64,000 nt of DNA, taken from contig NC_058377.1 of the NCBI RefSeq assembly GCF_018350175.1, positions 111,290,001-111,354,000 of the forward strand, read 5' to 3'. The DNA is from Felis catus (Eukaryota). Of the stretch, positions 60,119 through 64,000 are shown in pieces; positions within the stretch are counted from its first letter, which is position 1; each line of letters opens with the position of its first letter. A program made the position numbers and the translations under genes. The notes under the pieces were generated by a model. It was not told the DNA's origin. It made no database searches and saw only the letters and a program-made list of their open reading frames with translations.

Positions 60119-60643
60119 TGCATGGTCAGGGTCTCCGCAGAGACAGGCCCACGGGAAAGATCTGTCGTGGGGAACCGGCTCACGGGATTACGGAGGCTGC
60201 GGGTCCCCAGATCTGTAGTCAGCAAGGTGGAGACCCAGCGGAGCCCGTGGGTGAGTCCAGTCCTGGAGTCCCGCACTCGAGAACTGGGAGAGCCAATGGC
60301 ATCACTCGGTCCAGAGGCCGCCAGGCCGGGCCTGAGACCCGGGGAGAGCCAGTGTCTCGTTTCGAGTCCGAAGGTAGGGAAAAACAGGTCCCAGTTCAAG
60401 AGCAGTCAGGTAAGAGGAATTCTCTGGTGTTCAGGGGAGGTCGGTCTTTTCTCCCGTGCAGTCCTTCAACTGATCGGACGGGGCCCACCCACCCCGAGGG
60501 GGCCAATCGGCTTTACTCAGTTTACTGGATTCAAATGTGAATCTCGTCCAGAAACGCCCTCGCGGACACACCCGGAATCACATTTGGTCACGTGTTTGGG
60601 CCGGCCCTAACCCGGTCAAGTCCATGCAAAAAGCTGACCATCC
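60119..60643 (-). mobile_element. ERVL LTR (MLT2-like)
   Basis: Contains ggtcagggtctccgcagagacag, gtccttcaactgatcggacggggcccaccc and gtgaatctcgtccagaaacgccctc. Confidence 0.85.
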
Positions 60644-61704
60644 CAGGTGGTGACTGGATGGAGAGATGGGGCGATGGACCCCGCTGGGCAGACCCGCACC
60701 AGGGCTCCCGGGGGACAGTGGACAGATGGCAGGAAAGAAGGTCCATCTGAGCAATACAAGGGGCACCGGCCCTGTGATGATTCTCTGATGGAACCTAAAG
60801 CCTGAGAACATTTTAGGTCCCCGTGACACGCAGCCATCTCCCTCTCCCGTCCCGGGGCCCTGCCCGTTGGGACCCCCGAGCCCTCCACCCTCCCTTCGGC
60901 CCCTCCACCAGCCCCGCCCCCTCACCTTCTCTCCGTCCCCCTTACCCCGCGCCCCCCACCCCAAGGCTATTTCTACTTCAACCTTCCGCCTTTAGCTCAC
61001 ACACCACGTGCCGGGAAGTCTTCGTGGCCCCTTGCTCCTCGGCCGGGGGCGGACACCCCTGTAGGCACTGTCCCCACGCCCGTGCCTCCTCTGGACGCGG
61101 TAGAAGGCAAAACGGCTGAGAGCCTCGGGGAGTGGGCACAGCATCACGTATCTCAATAAAGAACGTACCAAACCCATAAGAAATAACAGCAGAACTTTGA
61201 GAACTTTGGGCAGGACGGGGCAGGGAGGGGAGTACGGCCTGGGGGCGAGGCCTCTGGGACACAGGGCGTCAGCGTCAGGGCATGCCACACTGCCTTTAAG
61301 CATCCGGAGGACCGTCTTGCGGAAGGACCCTCGCCTTTCTCTTTATGGCCCCGAAATGGAGAAGTGGACCCAGGAGGTGCGGTGTTGGGGAGGGGAGCTG
61401 CAGGGAGACCGGTTTGGGGAAATGACGGGAAACCTTTCTGGCACACGGGCGGGGCGACCCCTGCCCCCAGCCCAGGGGGGATGCCTCCCCGACCATGTGG
61501 TCCCCGTTGCACTCAGGAGGCCAGATTTCCCAGCACAGGCAACAGAGCCAGGAGACCCTTGGCTGAGAGCTCTCGCTGTCACAAGGACAGCACCCTGCTC
61601 TTGGCGTATCTGGTTCCTTCGGGTTTCAGACGGATCCTCAAATCGGCTGCTTCGTAACCTTTGGGTGTTGGAAGTCCTTACGGCCATCCGCCTCCGTGAT
61701 GTTC

Positions 61705-61947
61705 ATTGTGGTAGAATAGACACACCATAATATCTGTCATTTTAGCCATTTATAAGCACACAGTTCAATAGCATAAAAACACGCACAACGTTGGGGCGCC
61801 TGGGGGGCTCAGTCGGTTCGGCGTCTGACTCTTGATTTCGGCTCAGGTGGTGATCTCACCGTTCATGAGTTTGAGCCCCGCGTCGAGCTGACAGCGTGGA
61901 GCCCGCTGGGGATTCTCTCTCCCTCTCCCTGTCCCTCCCCTGTGCGT

Positions 61948-61993
<46 letters not shown>

Positions 61994-62230
61994 AAAATAA
62001 ATAAATAAACATTAGAAAACATTCAGTGTTGCTGATACCTTTTCATCATCCCCAATGCAAGGTCTGTACCCATAAAACAATAACCTGTTTCTCCCCGCGT
62101 CGCCAGACCCTGGGGACCCTTAGTGTGCTTTTGGTCTATGAATCTGCCTATTGTAGGGGACCTTGTGTAAATGGAATCACACACTTATTTGTCCCCCTTT
62201 GACTGGCTTCTTTTACTCAGCATACTGTTA
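61705..62230 (-). mobile_element. L1MB-type 3' end interrupted by a Can-SINE
   Basis: Contains attgtggtagaatagacac, tctgtacccataaaacaataac and gtaaatggaatcacac. Confidence 0.85.
61793..62013 (+). mobile_element. Older Can-SINE with a (CT)n tract
   Basis: ggggcgcctggggggctcagtcgg head, then (ct)n and aaaataaataaataaac. Confidence 0.95.
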
Positions 62231-63229
62231 CCTGTCGGGGGAGGGGGCTTCCCGTGGCCGAGGATGCCCCCCCCCGCGTCCCTAAGAGCCCCTGATCACC
62301 TTCCTCCCCATCCTGGTACCTTAGAGTGTGGCAAAGGCAGCCTTTCCGATCTGTAGGGGACACGGGACAACTTGATAAAGGGGCCCGGGATCCACGAAAA
62401 CCCAGCCCCAGTCCCAGTGCTGATTCCAGAATAAATTCCCGGGGTCCCAGCCTGCAACCGAATCCTGCCCGAAGCTGGGGGTGAACTGCCAGGCGACTGC
62501 ACGGCGTGGTTACTTCAGCCAGCCCTCCTCAGGTGTCTGCTTGCATAGGCCTTCCTTTCCCCCCACATCTAAAATGGTGCCCCATCCTGCTCTGTCCCTG
62601 CCCAGCTTGTCACCTTCCCCGCTGGCCGAGCTGATGTTACACGCCTGTTGTCGGTTGATATTCTCTGACTTCTGAATTCATTGACCACTGGGTCCCCGGC
62701 TCCCGGCACCGTGAGCCATCGAACAAACGAATGAATGGGCGACACGTGAATAATCGTAAACTAGGAAAGTGCGTGAGAGCTAGAAGAAATGTCCCCGTAT
62801 GTCCCCAGGGCCCACCTGTCTACGGATATGAATGAGGCCACAGGTGTGTGCACGCCGAAGGGCACTGACTGGTCACCACCCTCCCCCAGCCCTCCCGCCT
62901 TTAGTCAAAGCCTAGCAGGTGGAGGTGGGAACCCCTGGGCATCTCCCTCACGGGTACAGCGATGGGCTCCATCGCTATGCCAGCTCTCTGGGCGACGGCC
63001 GTGTCTAAAGGGACAAGGTCCCCCCACTGACACCCGTACATTCCTGGGGTTCAGCCGTTCACCACGTTTCCATTCCCTGGAAAACTCTGAATTCCAGGTC
63101 AGGTGCTGCTGGGACCCCGCTGCAGAAGGGCAAATGTACGGTCCACTGACCCTTGGTTGAGAAAGACCGTTCTGAACATTAAACAAAAAAGTAACAATCA
63201 ATGAATTCACACACACTCTTTTATATGAA

Positions 63230-63592
63230 GAGAAAATAATAACACCGAGTCCAGAGACAGGGAGAAAATATTGCCACCCATAAAACGAAAGACAAGCATG
63301 TTCTTCCTATATAAAAAGCGGTTACAAACCATGAAGATGAACAACGAACTAGATCATTGGGTAAACGACGAAAAGGGACTTCACGGGTGAAATGTCAGTG
63401 GCCAACAGCCTATCACAAGGTGCCCGGTCTCACCAGAAAGCAAAGAAATGGCGATCGAAACAACCCACTGCTGTTGGCAGCCGTCAGAGGCAACCCGACT
63501 CGGCAGGGTCTGCTGGGAAAGTCACAGCTTTCTGGAAGACGCCTTGGCAATACGCGGCCGGGCTGGCAATCCCTCCTCTGGGAACCCACCCC
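63230..63592 (+). mobile_element. L1ME-type ORF2 fragment
   Basis: Contains gacagggagaaaatattgcc, ctttctggaagacgccttggcaata and gcaatccctcctctggga. Confidence 0.65.
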
Positions 63593-63610
63593 CAAAACAA
63601 GTAAATAAGT

Positions 63611-63784
63611 ACTTGTTCTCAAAAACAAGTAAAAACATTAAAAAAATTGAAACACAAAATAAGTAAATACTTATTCTCAAAAACAAGTAAAAACATTAAA
63701 AAAATTGAAACACAAAATAAGTAAATACTTATTCTCAAAAATAAGCAAAAACATTTAAAAAATTAAAAACCAAAAATAAGTTAA
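63611..63784. repeat. 58-bp AT-rich tandem repeat, 3 copies
   Basis: Units start at 63611, 63669 and 63727 (acttrttctcaaaaayaagyaaaaacatt...). Confidence 0.92.
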
Positions 63785-64000
63785 CAATAAAGGTGTGCTC
63801 TAAGGGTCTTTTCAAACGCTGCCTGACCACCCAGGGCTCGATTAATGATCTAGCAAAACAAGCATTATGGTAATCAGGTCGATGGATGGCTGGATGGGTT
63901 GATAGATGGGTTGTATCTGTGTGGATCAACAAGTCATTTCCATTTTCTTTCCTATGCGTTTCTGGACTTCTGGAATTTTCTACATTGAAATGTATTACTT

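Noticed and set aside
1-64000. Assignment to a named gene or chromosome
   Set aside because: There is no recognisable exon. Placement needs BLAT against a felid or human assembly.

Overview
This is 64 kb of mammalian, GC-rich genomic DNA, most likely from a felid: it carries young tRNA-derived Can-SINEs of the SINEC_Fc type and a cat-type L1 3' end. The draft assembly has five N-gaps. I cannot support any protein-coding exon or RNA gene. The ORF track is explained by high GC content, repeats and gaps, and the only protein-like ORF pieces are decayed L1 ORF1/ORF2. The window appears intergenic or deep-intronic. It holds 11 Can-SINEs, many L1, L2 and MIR relics (including a nested AT-rich L1 block at 27.6-33.2 kb), MaLR/ERVL solo LTRs, old DNA transposons, microsatellites, several minisatellites and a few AT-rich enhancer-like islands. 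The most notable signals concern genome evolution rather than a new gene system. (1) Two ancient MLT1B-type LTRs 17 kb apart share a ~127-bp core at ~94% identity, while their 5' parts are only ~73% identical, which suggests ectopic gene conversion. (2) A 64-bp G-rich VNTR is organised into a 9-unit, 578-bp higher-order repeat. (3) Old repeats show strong local AT-to-GC remodelling. (4) There is a twin-primed inverted L1, a SINE dimer with one shared TSD, and two closely spaced inverted SINE pairs. Repeat subfamily names come from recalled consensus sequences and need RepeatMasker/Dfam confirmation.
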